Shown here: one piece after another, positions 37,090 through 48,039 of the stretch
Position numbering within the stretch: position 1 is the first letter of the stretch
Layout of the letters: each line of letters opens with the position of its first letter
NCBI RefSeq assembly: GCF_009914755.1
Contig: NC_060944.1
DNA: 64,000 nucleotides
Reading direction: 5' to 3' (one strand)
From: the human T2T-CHM13v2.0 reference genome, Homo sapiens
Translations under genes and position numbers: made by a program
The notes under the pieces: model-generated
What the model saw: only the letters and a program-made list of their open reading frames with translations
Database searches by the model: none
Told to the model about the DNA's origin: nothing

Positions 37090-37761
37090 TGTTTCTGGAA
37101 AGGGGTCCGATCCAGACCCCATGAGAGAGTCCTCGGATCTTGTGCAAGAAAGAATTCGGGGTGAATCCAGAGAGTAAAGTGAAAACAAATGTATTAGGAA
37201 ATTAAAGGAATAAAGAATGGCTGCTCCATAGGCAGAGCAGCAGCACGGGCTGGTTGGCTGAGTATACTTATAGTTATTTCTTGATTACACACTAAACAAG
37301 GGGTGGATTATTCATGAGTTTTCTGGAAGGCGGGGTGGATTTCTTGGAACTGAGGGTTCTTCCCGGTTTTAGACCATATAAGGCAACTTCCAGGTGTTGC
37401 TATGGCATTTGTAAACTGTCATGGAGCTGGTGGGAGTGTCTTTTAGCATGCTAATGCATTATAATTAGCATATATCGAGCAGTGAGAACAACCAGAGGTC
37501 ACTTTCATCACCATCTTGGTTTAGGTGGGTTTTGGCTGCCATCTTGGCTTGGGTGGGTTTTGGCTGGCTTCTTTACCACATCCTGTTTTATCAGCAGAGT
37601 ATTTGTGACCTGTGTCTTGTGATACCAATCCTGCTGACCTCCTATCTCATCCTATGACTAAGAATGCCTAACCTCCTGGGAATGCAGCCTAGTAGGTCTC
37701 AGCCTTATTTTACCCGGCCCCTATTCAAGATGGAGTCACTCTGGTGCAAACGCCTCTGACG
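37090..37761 (-). mobile_element. MER41B ERV1 solo LTR
   Basis: GGAAAGGGGTCCGATCCAGACCCC...CCCCTATTCAAGATGGAGTCACTCTGG...GCCTCTGAC. Confidence 0.9.
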
Positions 37762-37769
37762 GTAGGAAT

Positions 37770-37990
37770 GGTAGTGTACATATATTGCACATCTGTGAGC
37801 CAGGCATTGTTCTTAGCACTTTATCAGTATGAGCAAGGTACTAATATTGTACCTGTTTTATAGATGAGGACACTGAGGCACAGAGAAGTGAAGTAACTTA
37901 GCTGGGGCAACCTGGCTGGTCAATGATAGAGCAGGGACTTGAAGCTGGCTCATCTAGCACATAATTGATCCTAACCACTGACCCATAAGG
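37770..37990 (-). mobile_element. MIR
   Basis: AGATGAGGACACTGAGGCACAGAGAAGTGAAGTAACTT. Confidence 0.85.
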
Positions 37991-38730
37991 CCTAGAAGGA
38001 TATGGTTCTCAATCATCTCCTCTTAAGAAGACCTCACTCTTTCTAGATGGCACAAGGAGGAGCCACACCTCTTGAGTTACCTGTTTTCAGGTTCATTCAG
38101 CAAAAGCTGTTTCATGGCTGCTTGATGATTTTACAGTGAAGGCTCAGAACCCATATTCGTAAACAATGAGCTCTGTCAGTTTCTATACCTCCACCCAAGT
38201 TCTATAGCCTACGATCCTCAAGACACTTCACATATACAAACTTCAAAGCCAATTATAGCTAGCCTGATGTGACCGAGGGTGCCTCCCAAGCCCTGGCAGA
38301 GCTGACAGTTGGCAATGGAGCTGTTTTAAATGATGTTTCATTTTGATCAAGCCAGAAAAAAATGTACAGTTACTCAAAAGGCTATTTACAAACTCCAGCT
38401 GTGGCCACTGACCCACATCTAATTGTGCTAATACCATAAACACAAGTTTTGTCCGTGCCTGTGGGATACATTTCAAGCTCACACCGCCCCCACTTTTTCC
38501 CCATTCCCACCCCCAGCCAAGAAGCAATTTCCTTTGTCACTCACAATTGCTGCAATTAGTGTTATCTACACAGCCATACAAAGCCTGTTTCCTTTGCTGC
38601 ATCCCAAGTGTGCCATTAGGACAGCTTTGACCTTCAGTGAGGTCTAAATATCAAAATTTGTAGGACTGCCTTTGTAAAAAATTTCAGAGGAAGAGTACCA
38701 TTTCAGATTTCCATTTATACCCAGTCACAT

Positions 38731-39330
38731 CTGTTAGAATTAGGTTTCACTAAATAGAATAGAAAAAAATATGGCCTAAATAAGATAGAAGTTTATTATT
38801 CTCTCACATAAAACTGTCATCAGAGATCTAGACAACTATCCTTCTGTTCTGCCAACCTCAGTATGTGACCTCTATTCTCAAGGCTATCTCACAATTCAGG
38901 GTAGCTGCTGCAGCTCCAGCTATCTCATCCACATTCTAGGCCAGCAGCCAGAATAAACTGAAGAGCCAGAGGACCCTCCTAGCCTCCTTTTTACAGAGCC
39001 TTCCTCTCATACCTCATTAAAGTTTTAGAGCATTTTCAATTTTTCAAATTTTCAGAGTAGAGATGCTCAGTCTGTACCTAATACAAATAAGTTACTTGTA
39101 TCCCTAGATCACAGCCTCTCTGGAAGAAAGGGAGTTAGTCCCAAGAAACAAAGACTCAGGGTCAGTAGTTTAGACCAAACCAAAGGCACATGGCCATGCC
39201 TTCCTGCAAGGGATGCTGGGAAATGTAGTCTTTGGACATTGGCTGACACTGTGGTGTCAATCACCCTTAGAGATGCTGTGTGACTAGATCACCCTTAGAG
39301 ATGCTGTGTAATTAGAAGGAAGGAGTTCTG
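38731..39330 (-). mobile_element. MLT1J/K-like LTR carrying an inverted insert
   Basis: AAATAAGATAGAAGTTTATT...GCTGCTGCAGCTCCAGC...CTGCAAGGGATGCTGGGAAATGTAGTC. Confidence 0.7.
39022..39166 (-). repeat. Inverted copy of 39388-39530
   Basis: About 83% identity over about 143 bp by manual alignment, spanning the Tigger4b end and its unique flank. Confidence 0.9.
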
Positions 39331-39477
39331 AGCACCCAGCACAGTGTTAGGCATCAAGGAGTCCCCTGGTGATTCTCCCATCATTCACTGAAGCTGACTC
39401 TTCATTACTTGGGACTAAATCCCTTCTTCCAAAGGGATTGCGATCTAGGGATAGAAGTGACTTATTGGTTTTAGGTA

Positions 39478-39895
39478 CAGGCTGACAATCCCTAATCTGA
39501 AAATTTGAAAAATTGAAAATGCTTCAAAATCTGAAACTTTTTTGAACGCTGACATAATGCCTCAAGTGAAAAATTCCACATGGGTACTTAACACAAACTT
39601 TGTTCCATGCACAAAATTATTAGAAATACACAATTACCTCTGCTAATATAAAATTACCTCTGTATGTGTATTATTAGAAATATATAATGATTAGAATATT
39701 AATTATTAGAAATATACAATTACCTCTGCTATGTGTATAAGGTATATATGAAACATAAATGAATTTCCTGTTTTGACTTGGGAGCCATCACCAAGATATC
39801 TCATTATGTATATGCAGATATTCCAAAATCCAAAAATATCTGAAATCTGAAACTCTTCTGATCCAAAGCATCGCACATAAGGGATACTCAACCTG
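39478..39895 (+). mobile_element. Tigger4b (MER46-type) DNA transposon
   Basis: TA|CAGGCTGACAATCCC...GGGATACTCAACCTG TIRs. Confidence 0.85.
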
Positions 39896-40563
39896 TCATA
39901 AATGTGGTTGGGCAAAGCCAAAGGACCAATCTCCCTGTGTTCCCAGGAGTGTTTCTCCAAGCTCTACCCCAGATCCAGCTGCACCCTCGTGACACTTTGA
40001 AGTTGAGAATCTGGGGGACACCCTTTCCATCCTCTGTCCTTCTCACTCACAACCTGCCCAACTTGACCACACCTGCATCACAGAAAAGCTGTTCAAGGCT
40101 CTGCTTTGAAACAGGGGGCATCAGCGACCTGTCAGCCATTCCATCATCCAACTTGCCTTCCTTCTCTCATCTTACTCCCAACCCCCACTGCTCTTTCTAC
40201 AAGACTAGAGGTCGGCTACAGGGCAGGGTGGCTCAGAGGAAGTGGGGTCTCCTCCCACGGGAGCCCAGCCTTGGCTGTTCTCATGGTTGGGTTCATCCCA
40301 TGGTGGAGAGGTATAGATAGTGGAGTTGATCAGCAGCTCTTTCCTAATAAGCAACAGGAAAGAAGGCATCAGTGGGACTTTCCCAGAGGAAAGAACTTGG
40401 GTCAAAGCAGTGCTTTTCAACTGGAGCCTATTCCCCACCCCCCTGCTCCCACCCCGGGGATATTAGGCAATATCTGGATACATTTTTGGTTGTCACAGCT
40501 GGGATGGGGGTGTGAGTGTTACTGGTATCTAGTGGGTAGAAGCCAGGAATGGTGCTAAACATC

Positions 40564-41111
40564 CATGGCAAACTTGTCCAACCTACAACCCATGGGCCAC
40601 ATGTGTCACAGGACAGCTTTGAATGTGGCCCAACACAAATTTGTAAACTTTCTTAAAACATGCCGGGCATGGTGGCTCACACCTGTAATCCCAGCACTTT
40701 GGGAGGCCAAGGCAAGCAGATCACCTGAGGTCGGGAGTTCAAGACCAGCCTGACCAACATGGAGAAACCCTGTCTCCACTAAAAAAATACAAAATTAGCT
40801 GGGTGTGGTGGTGCACGTCTGTAATGCCAGCTAGTCAGGCGTGGTGGGGGGTTGGAGGGGCGCCGGGCTGAGGCAGGAGAATCGCTTGAACCCAGAGGTG
40901 GAGGCTGCGGTGAGCCGAGATCACACCACTGCACTCCAGCCTGGGCAACAAGAGAGAAAATCCATCTCAAAAAAAAAAAAATTATGTGATTTTTTTCGTG
41001 ATTTCTTTTTTAGCTCATCAGCTATCCTTAGTGTTAGTGTATTTTACATATGGCCCAAGACAATTCTTCTTCTTCCAGTGTGACTCAGGGAAGCCAAACA
41101 ACTGGACACCC
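40564..41111. mobile_element. MER30 hAT split by an Alu
   Basis: GCTTTGAATGTGGCCCAACACAAATTTGTAAACTTTCTTAAAACA | GGCCCAAGACAATTCTTCTTC...TGGACACCC. Confidence 0.85.
40661..40981 (+). mobile_element. AluSp
   Basis: GTCGGGAGTTC...CTGACCAACATGGAGAAACCC diagnostics. Confidence 0.95.
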
Positions 41112-41214
41112 CGTCCTACAGTGTAGAGGACAGGCCCCCACAACAAAGAATTATCTGGCTCAAAATATTAACAGTGTCAAGGCTGAGATGCCCTGGCTTG
41201 AAGGGAACAATGAT

Positions 41215-41470
41215 GGTGTAGCTCAGTAGTTAAGACTGTGTGCTCTGAGGTCAAAGGCTTGGGTTGAAATCCCAGCTCTGCCACGTGGCAATTATGTGGC
41301 TTTGTGAAAGTCCCCTAACCTCTTTAGCCTGTCTGCATACCTGCAGCATTGGTACCTACCTCTGGGGTTTTCAGGGGTTTGGATGAGTTAATCCCTATAA
41401 GGTGTTTTATACAATGCCAGGCACATTGTGCTCCCTCAAGTTTGCAAAACTGGATTGAATAAGATAAATA
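41215..41470 (+). mobile_element. MIR
   Basis: GGGTTGAAATCCCAGCTCTGCCAC. Confidence 0.75.
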
Positions 41471-42339
41471 CTAATATATATGAGAAATTTCCATGCTGAG
41501 AATTATAATATTCAGACCCTGTACCGCCACTAAAAGGAAAGCAAAGGTTGATTCTAAAGTTGAAAACAAAAAACAGAAATCTCCTGTGGTTATGCAAATA
41601 GTGTTCCATGCAGAACCAAGAGGTGAGGCTGCCCGAGAGAGAAGCAAATGCAAGTCCAAGTTGCCAAACCCAAGCCGTTTGAAGGAGGATGGTCCAAACA
41701 ACCGACCAAGTGGATGCTTTATCTTACCTTCCCTTAACTGCTCTTAACCATGCCACATTTTAGATTGTTGGAGATTTGGACCACGCCTTTCCTCACCCAG
41801 ATTTCTTGTGTTTCGGGCCTCATCGAGAAGGGATTGAAGGAGGTGAGAGAAAAAACCATTTGGATGCTTCCAGAGAGAGCAATCTAGGCAGAGGTAACAG
41901 TAAGCATAAAGGCCTGAAGGCAGAAACATAAAGGCAGTAAGCACAAATGCCTGGAGGGAGAAGGTCTGGTATGTTCAAAGGCCAGCAAGGAGGCCAGTAT
42001 GGCTGGAGCAGGGTGAGGAGGAAGGAGGAGTCGTGGGGTTGGGGGACAGACCAGACCCTTCTTGTTCTTGGGTTCTACTCTACTGAAATGAGAAGCTATT
42101 GAAAGTTTTGAACAGAGGAGAGACATGACATGACTTGGTTTTAACAGGGTCCCTCTGCTATTGGGTGGAGAATGGACTGTAGGGGGGCCAGGGTAGAGGC
42201 AGGGAGCCCACAGAGCAGGGCACTCCAATAGCCCAGGTGGGAGAGGATGGCAGTGGGATCAGAGGGGTTATGGCAGAGAAGGGGAACAGTGGTTGGATTT
42301 TTGGTATATTTTGAAGCTGGGCCAATAGGATTTGCTGAT

Positions 42340-42698
42340 TTATATGGTTTAGTGCTGTGTCCCCACCCAAATCTCATCTTATAGCTCTCATAATTCCCAT
42401 GTATTATGGGAGGGACCCAGTGGGAGATGACTGAATTATGGTGGTGGGTGTTTCCTGTGCTGTTCTTGTGATAGTGAATAAGTCTCATGACATCTGATGG
42501 CTTTAAAACAGTTTTCCTGCTCAATCTCTCCCTTTGCCTGCTGCCATCCATGTAAGATGTGACTTGCTCCTCCTTGCTTTCCACTATGATTATGAAGCCT
42601 CCCCAGCCACGTGGAACTGTAAGTCCAATTAAACCTCTTTTGTAAATTGCCCAGTCTTGGGTATGTCTTTGTCAGCAGCGTGAAGACAGACCGTTACA
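42340..42698 (+). mobile_element. THE1B-type MaLR solo LTR
   Basis: GTGTCCCCACCCAAATCTCATCTT...GCCCAGTCTTGGGTATGTCTTT; TSD CTGAT (42335-42339, 42699-42703). Confidence 0.9.
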
Positions 42699-42771
42699 CT
42701 GATAGATTAGAGGTGGAGGATGAGAGAGAATGGCATCAGAGGTGACTCCAAGTGTTTTGGCCTGAGCAACG

Positions 42772-43238
42772 GTAGAGTGGGCTGGCTAGCAGCCCCCCAG
42801 AGATATCCCCAAGTCACAACACCTGGAAGCTGCAAAGTCAACCTTGTTTGGAAAAGGAATCTTTGCAGATGTAACTAAGTTAAGGATTTCAAGATAAGAT
42901 TATCCTGGATGTGGGGAGGCCCTGGAATCCAATGATAGGTGTCCTTATAAGAAAAGGACAGGACACAGAGACACACGGAGGGGAAGGCCAAGAGAAGATG
43001 GAGGCAGAGATTGGAGTGATGCGGCTTCAAGCCAAGGAACCCCAGGAGCTGCCAGCAACAAGGCATGCTGGAGAGAGGCAAGGAACGGGTTCTCCTTCAG
43101 AGCCCCCAGGAGGGACCCACTCTGCCAACACATTGATACCAGACTTGGGCCTCCAGGACTGGGAGAGGATGCATCTCTGTTGTTTTTAGCCACCCGGGTT
43201 GTTCCTTGTTCCCACAGCCCTAATTAGGAAACAGATAC
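42772..43238 (+). mobile_element. MLT1C LTR
   Basis: CTTTGCAGATGTAACTAAGTTAAGGAT...GGAGGCAGAGATTGGAGTGATG...CAAGCCAAGGAA. Confidence 0.85.
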
Positions 43239-43409
43239 AAGCTGGAAAGACGGAGTTGCCACCAATTGAGATGGAGGCTATAGGAGGAGCAGGCAGTTTG
43301 TGCAAAGGGGATGGGGGAATCCCTATAACTCCTGTGCAGGGATGTGAGGGTCAAGAAGGCACTGTGGGTGAAGCATCTCCCATGCCTGACCTTCTCCCAC
43401 CTCTTCCTG

Positions 43410-43760
43410 CACCTGACTGCTAGGCTCAGGTCTCTGTCCTCCACCCCTTCCTCAGATAGGCCTGCCTTCCCCATTGCCTAAAATGTCCCCATGCCACCCA
43501 CGGTGCCCCATCATCCTGCCTCATTTTCCTCCCAGCACTTAATCTTCTCTGAAATAACCATATTCTTTGATTGCTTTTGGTCCTGTGTTTTCCCAACACC
43601 GAGAAAGGCTCTCACAATCTCTAGATTTGCACAAAGGTGGGGCTTTCTCTGTTTTTATTTGATTTTTTGTTGTTTTATTTTTTAAGTTTTGTTTTCTTTT
43701 TTGACTCCGCAAGGGTCTGGGCAGTGCCTGGCCCACAGTAGACTCCTAAGAAGTGTTCAC
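43410..43760 (+). mobile_element. L2 3' end
   Basis: CCTTCCTCAGATAGGCC...CAGTGCCTGGCCCACAGTAG. Confidence 0.6.
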
Positions 43761-43819
43761 TGAGGGGCAATTAGGAGGTGCTTAGTGGCTGCACCAGACC
43801 TTCAGCATCCTAGACCCCT

Positions 43820-43990
43820 GGCTCTGACACTTACTGCTTAAGAATCACCAGGGCCACTTACTGAAAATGCACAATCCTGAGAGCCGGACTTACTAAGTCT
43901 GGGTTTGGACTTGGAAACATGCATTTTTAACAAGATCTCCACTGGGTTCTGATGCCAGTGTCCTGGAGGGGGCCACACTTCATGATAAGC
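43820..43990. mobile_element. MER5-type hAT fragment
   Basis: AGAATCACC...AAAATGCA...TGCATTTTTAACAAG. Confidence 0.65.
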
Positions 43991-45324
43991 TATCATCCCA
44001 ACCCACTCAGGGAATGGCACGGAGTCCAGAATTGCTATTGGAACACTGCCCTCCTCGGAGGCTCCTGCCTGCTGGAGGCGTGGTGGCCTGATGATTGGCA
44101 TCACTCCTGTAGCTTGAGGGTCCAGAGTGTGGACTCACATGGCGCTTCAGACCCTTCTCTGAAGCCTGACTCTTTGGGGGCAGTGCTGCAGATTGACAAA
44201 GGGTGTTTCTGCACAGGCCTGACTCACACAACACTAGAATGGGCCGGGAAGGAGCCTCCCGGCCAGACGCCCACTTTGGTACCAGCCCTGGGTTATGTAA
44301 CTCCAGATGCCTGTGACTAACCCATGGCCCCGAGGGCATCTCTGGGTGGGGAAAAGATGAGGGCTGACTTCTCCAGAATTTAAAACGAAACATCTCAGGA
44401 CTATTTATAAAAGCACAGGACACACTAGGGGGAAGTTCAGATAAAGGCCGTGGAGGGGTGCAGACAAGGAAAGGGAACCAGGAGGTGTACTTGCAAACTT
44501 GACCTACTAAAGGCATGGCTTCCAGAGCTCTGAGGACAGTTGACCTTCAAAACAACGATTGACCTTGGGGAAAGGATGAGTCACAGAGGCTCCAGGGCCT
44601 GGTTCCTGCTGGCAGAGCTTCCAGCCTCTGAGTCCCAGAGTGTTCTCTCCTAGGAGTGAAACATGTACTTGGTAGATGTCGGCTGCCTCCACCAAATGCA
44701 AAAACGCATCTCATCCTGTGAGCTGACCTTGCTGGGGTGAGGTCTACTTCTTGGGGAAGACCCTGGGCTGCTAACTGGGTCTTGGCTGGTCCTAGGTTTG
44801 TGGCAACCAGTAGTCACTGGATCCATCGATGAGAATAAATCTTGTTGGCATGTGGAGACAAGGCCAGGTAGAAGCAGAAGTCAGAGGGCCAGGAGGCAGG
44901 TAGGCCCCTGTCTCTATGTTAACTCATGCCAAGCCATAATGGCAGCTCACGTTGATGGAGCTGTCCATGTGCCAGCCCCTGCCTGAAGTGCCCGCAATCA
45001 TCTCTCGCTTTTCTTCGATAACGGAGTGAGAGGGAAGAGCACGGGGCTGAGAATCAGGGGGCCCAGATGGAAGACCCACTCACCGCTAAATTGTTGGGGG
45101 GCCTGGGATGACTTATTACAATATTAATAATGACCACAGCAATGACTACAGCCCCATTCATTGAGCACTCGGCACTCATCATCTCATTAAGCCTTGTCCT
45201 GCAATGCCAGAGGCTTTGGAATCAGAGCTGGAGTTTTGGAATCAGACAGAGCTGGAGTTCAAGGAAGAGCTCTGACACTTATGAGCTAGCAACCTTGAAC
45301 GCATCATTTAACCTTTAGGGGCTC

Positions 45325-46390
45325 AAAAACAGCCATTGTTTATTCATCTCACAAATATGCAGTCTGGGCAAGGCTTGGCAGGAACAGCTTATGTCTGACT
45401 TTATGTGGTGTCAGCTAGGGTGGCTTGCAGAAAAGCTAGCAACCAAAATCCCCGAAGGCTCACTCACTCACAGATGATGCCGATGCCAATACCAATGACG
45501 ATGGTGATGCAGATCATGATGCAGATGGTGATGCACGTGCTGATGCAGGTGCTGATGCTGAGGCAGGTGCTGATGCAGATAATGATGCAGATGCTGATGC
45601 AGGTGCTGGTGCTGATGCTGAGGCAGATATGATGCAGATGCTGGTGCAAATGCTGAAGCAGGTGTTGATGCAGATACTAATCTGACGCAGCTGCTGATGT
45701 TAAAGCAGGTGTTGATGCTGATGCAGGTACCGATGCTGAAGCAGGTGTTGATGCAGGTGCTGAAAAAGGTGTTGGTGCAGGTGCAGATGCTGATGCTGGT
45801 AGTAATGCTGATGCAGGCGCTGATGCTGATGCAGGTATTGGTGTTGGTGCAGATGTTGATGCAGATGTTGAAGCAGGTGCTGAAAAAGGTGTTGATGCAG
45901 GTGCAGATGCTGATGCTGGTAGTGATGCTGATGGTAGTGATGCTTGTGCAGATGTTGATGCAGATGTTGAAGCAGGTGTTGATGCAGGTGCTGAAAAATG
46001 TGTTGATGCAAGTGCAGATGCTGATGCTGGTAGTGATGCTGATGCTGGTAGTGATGCTGGTGCAGATGTTGATGCAGATGTTGAAGCGGGTGTTGATGCT
46101 GATGCAGGTGCTGAAGCAGGTATTGGTGCTGATACAGATGCTGAGGCAGGTGTTGATGATGCTGCTGGCTCTGAGCTCAAACAGCCAGAGCTCCTTAGGC
46201 ATTTCTTTTCATCTCTGGGTGATTCCTCTTCATGATCTGTGCAGCATGGTGGTTTAAGGATGGCTGGGTTTGTGACATCACAGCTCAGGGATTCAAAGAC
46301 ATGTGTCCCAAAAGAAACCTGCAGAAGCTGTGCAGCCTCAGACATCATTCTGGCACTTCTGCCACATTCTATTAGCAGAGGCAGTCAAGA
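45325..46390 (-). mobile_element. MLT1G/H-type LTR split by an expanded repeat
   Basis: TCTGGGCAAGGCTTGGCAGGAACAGCT...GGCTCACTCAC | GCTGGCT...CACTTCTGCCACATTCTATT. Confidence 0.7.
45472..46168. repeat. GAT/GCA/GGT/GCT triplet-hexamer low-complexity array
   Basis: Direct reading; (GATGCW)n-like. Confidence 0.95.
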
Positions 46391-46394
46391 ATTC

Positions 46395-46541
46395 ATATAA
46401 TGTGCTTCTGTCATAAAATATTACTCTTCTTTTTATTTTTTTCAACTACTTAAAAATGTAAAAACCATTTTTAGTTCATGGGTGGTACAAAAACCTGCAG
46501 TGGACCAGATTTGGCTCCTGGGTGGTCATTGGCTGACACCC
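46395..46541 (-). mobile_element. MER58B fragment
   Basis: TTAAAAATGTAAAAACCATTTTTAG...CCAGATTTGGC. Confidence 0.75.
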
Positions 46542-46944
46542 AAATTAGATAAACAGCCTTAGGGCCCAGAACCCAGTCAGTGATGGAATTTGAGATGTAA
46601 TGAGAGAATGGGGACTAGCAGACCATCCCAAAGGTCCCTGCCAAGTTGGAGAATACGAAGCTCTCTCCTTAGCCTGACCACTTCTCCCAAAGACAGAAGC
46701 CTCTGCCAGGATCAGGAATGGACAAATGTGGCCATTCTTCTATGGCCTCATGAGTAAGCCATGGCCCTGGGGGTGAGGATAACAGTTGGATTCAGAGGTC
46801 AGCATGTTGGAAGGTTCATGAGCTGATGAGAGCTGCCCCTTGATAGTTTTGCATCTTGGAGAAGCGGGTACCTATCATCTCACCTCCCCAAATTTGTGTC
46901 CTTTCCCATAAATAGTTGCTGTTGCTATTTTGGGAAGGCAAAAT

Positions 46945-47507
<563 letters not shown>

Positions 47508-47853
47508 TCATGGGGTGGTGGCTAGTCATGGTGGAAGACGATGGTATTTGTGGTTGCAATTTGAAACGCGCTATCCTTCAAGCTTTGAACCTGGTGAGAT
47601 ATAGACACAAAAAACAGTTGGTGAACAAAAAACCAGCCTCATCCTGATAAAGCAGCCTAGAAGAAAGGCATGTCCCTGCCCACTGCAAGCTATAGTCAGG
47701 AAATGGGGAGTGGCCCTTCAAGGCACAGGGAGATGCCAGAATTAGACACATGACCACACCGGACAGCAAGGGTACATGAGAAAAGCATTTAGTATAATAG
47801 TTACATGTTTTTATGGGTGCCTTCTTTATTTGAAAAATGGTGCTAATTTATTA

Positions 47854-48039
47854 TTTTTATTTATTTATTTTTAGATGGAGTCTAGCTCTGTCACCCAGGC
47901 TGGAGTGCAGTGGCGTGATCTCAGCTCACTGTAAACTCCGCTTCCTAGGTTCAAGCAATTCTCCTGCCTCAGCCTCCCCAAGTAGCGCGGTGACTCATGC
48001 CTGTAATCCCAGCACTCTGGGAGGCTGAGGCAGGTGGAT
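47854..48039 (-). mobile_element. Alu with inverted 5' segment
   Basis: Minus-strand right arm 47854-47986 fused to plus-strand left-arm start 47985-48039; TSD TAATTTATTA. Confidence 0.85.

Larger units (their letters stand above)
40408..41195 (+). mobile_element. MER20, outer layer of a MER20>MER30>AluSp nest
   Basis: ACTGGTATCTAGTGGGTAGA...GCTAAACATCC | CCTACAGTG...ACAACAAAGAATTATCTGG. Confidence 0.85.
41860..43300 (-). mobile_element. L2 split by THE1B and MLT1C
   Basis: TTCCAGAGAGAGC...TTTTGAACAGAGGAG...TAGGATTTGCTGAT|AGATT...TGGCCTGAGCAAC. Confidence 0.8.

Noticed and set aside
45468-46348. Mucin-like or antifreeze-like repetitive proteins
   Set aside because: Open in several frames, embedded in an LTR, phase slips present and no splice structure; kept only as a repeat finding
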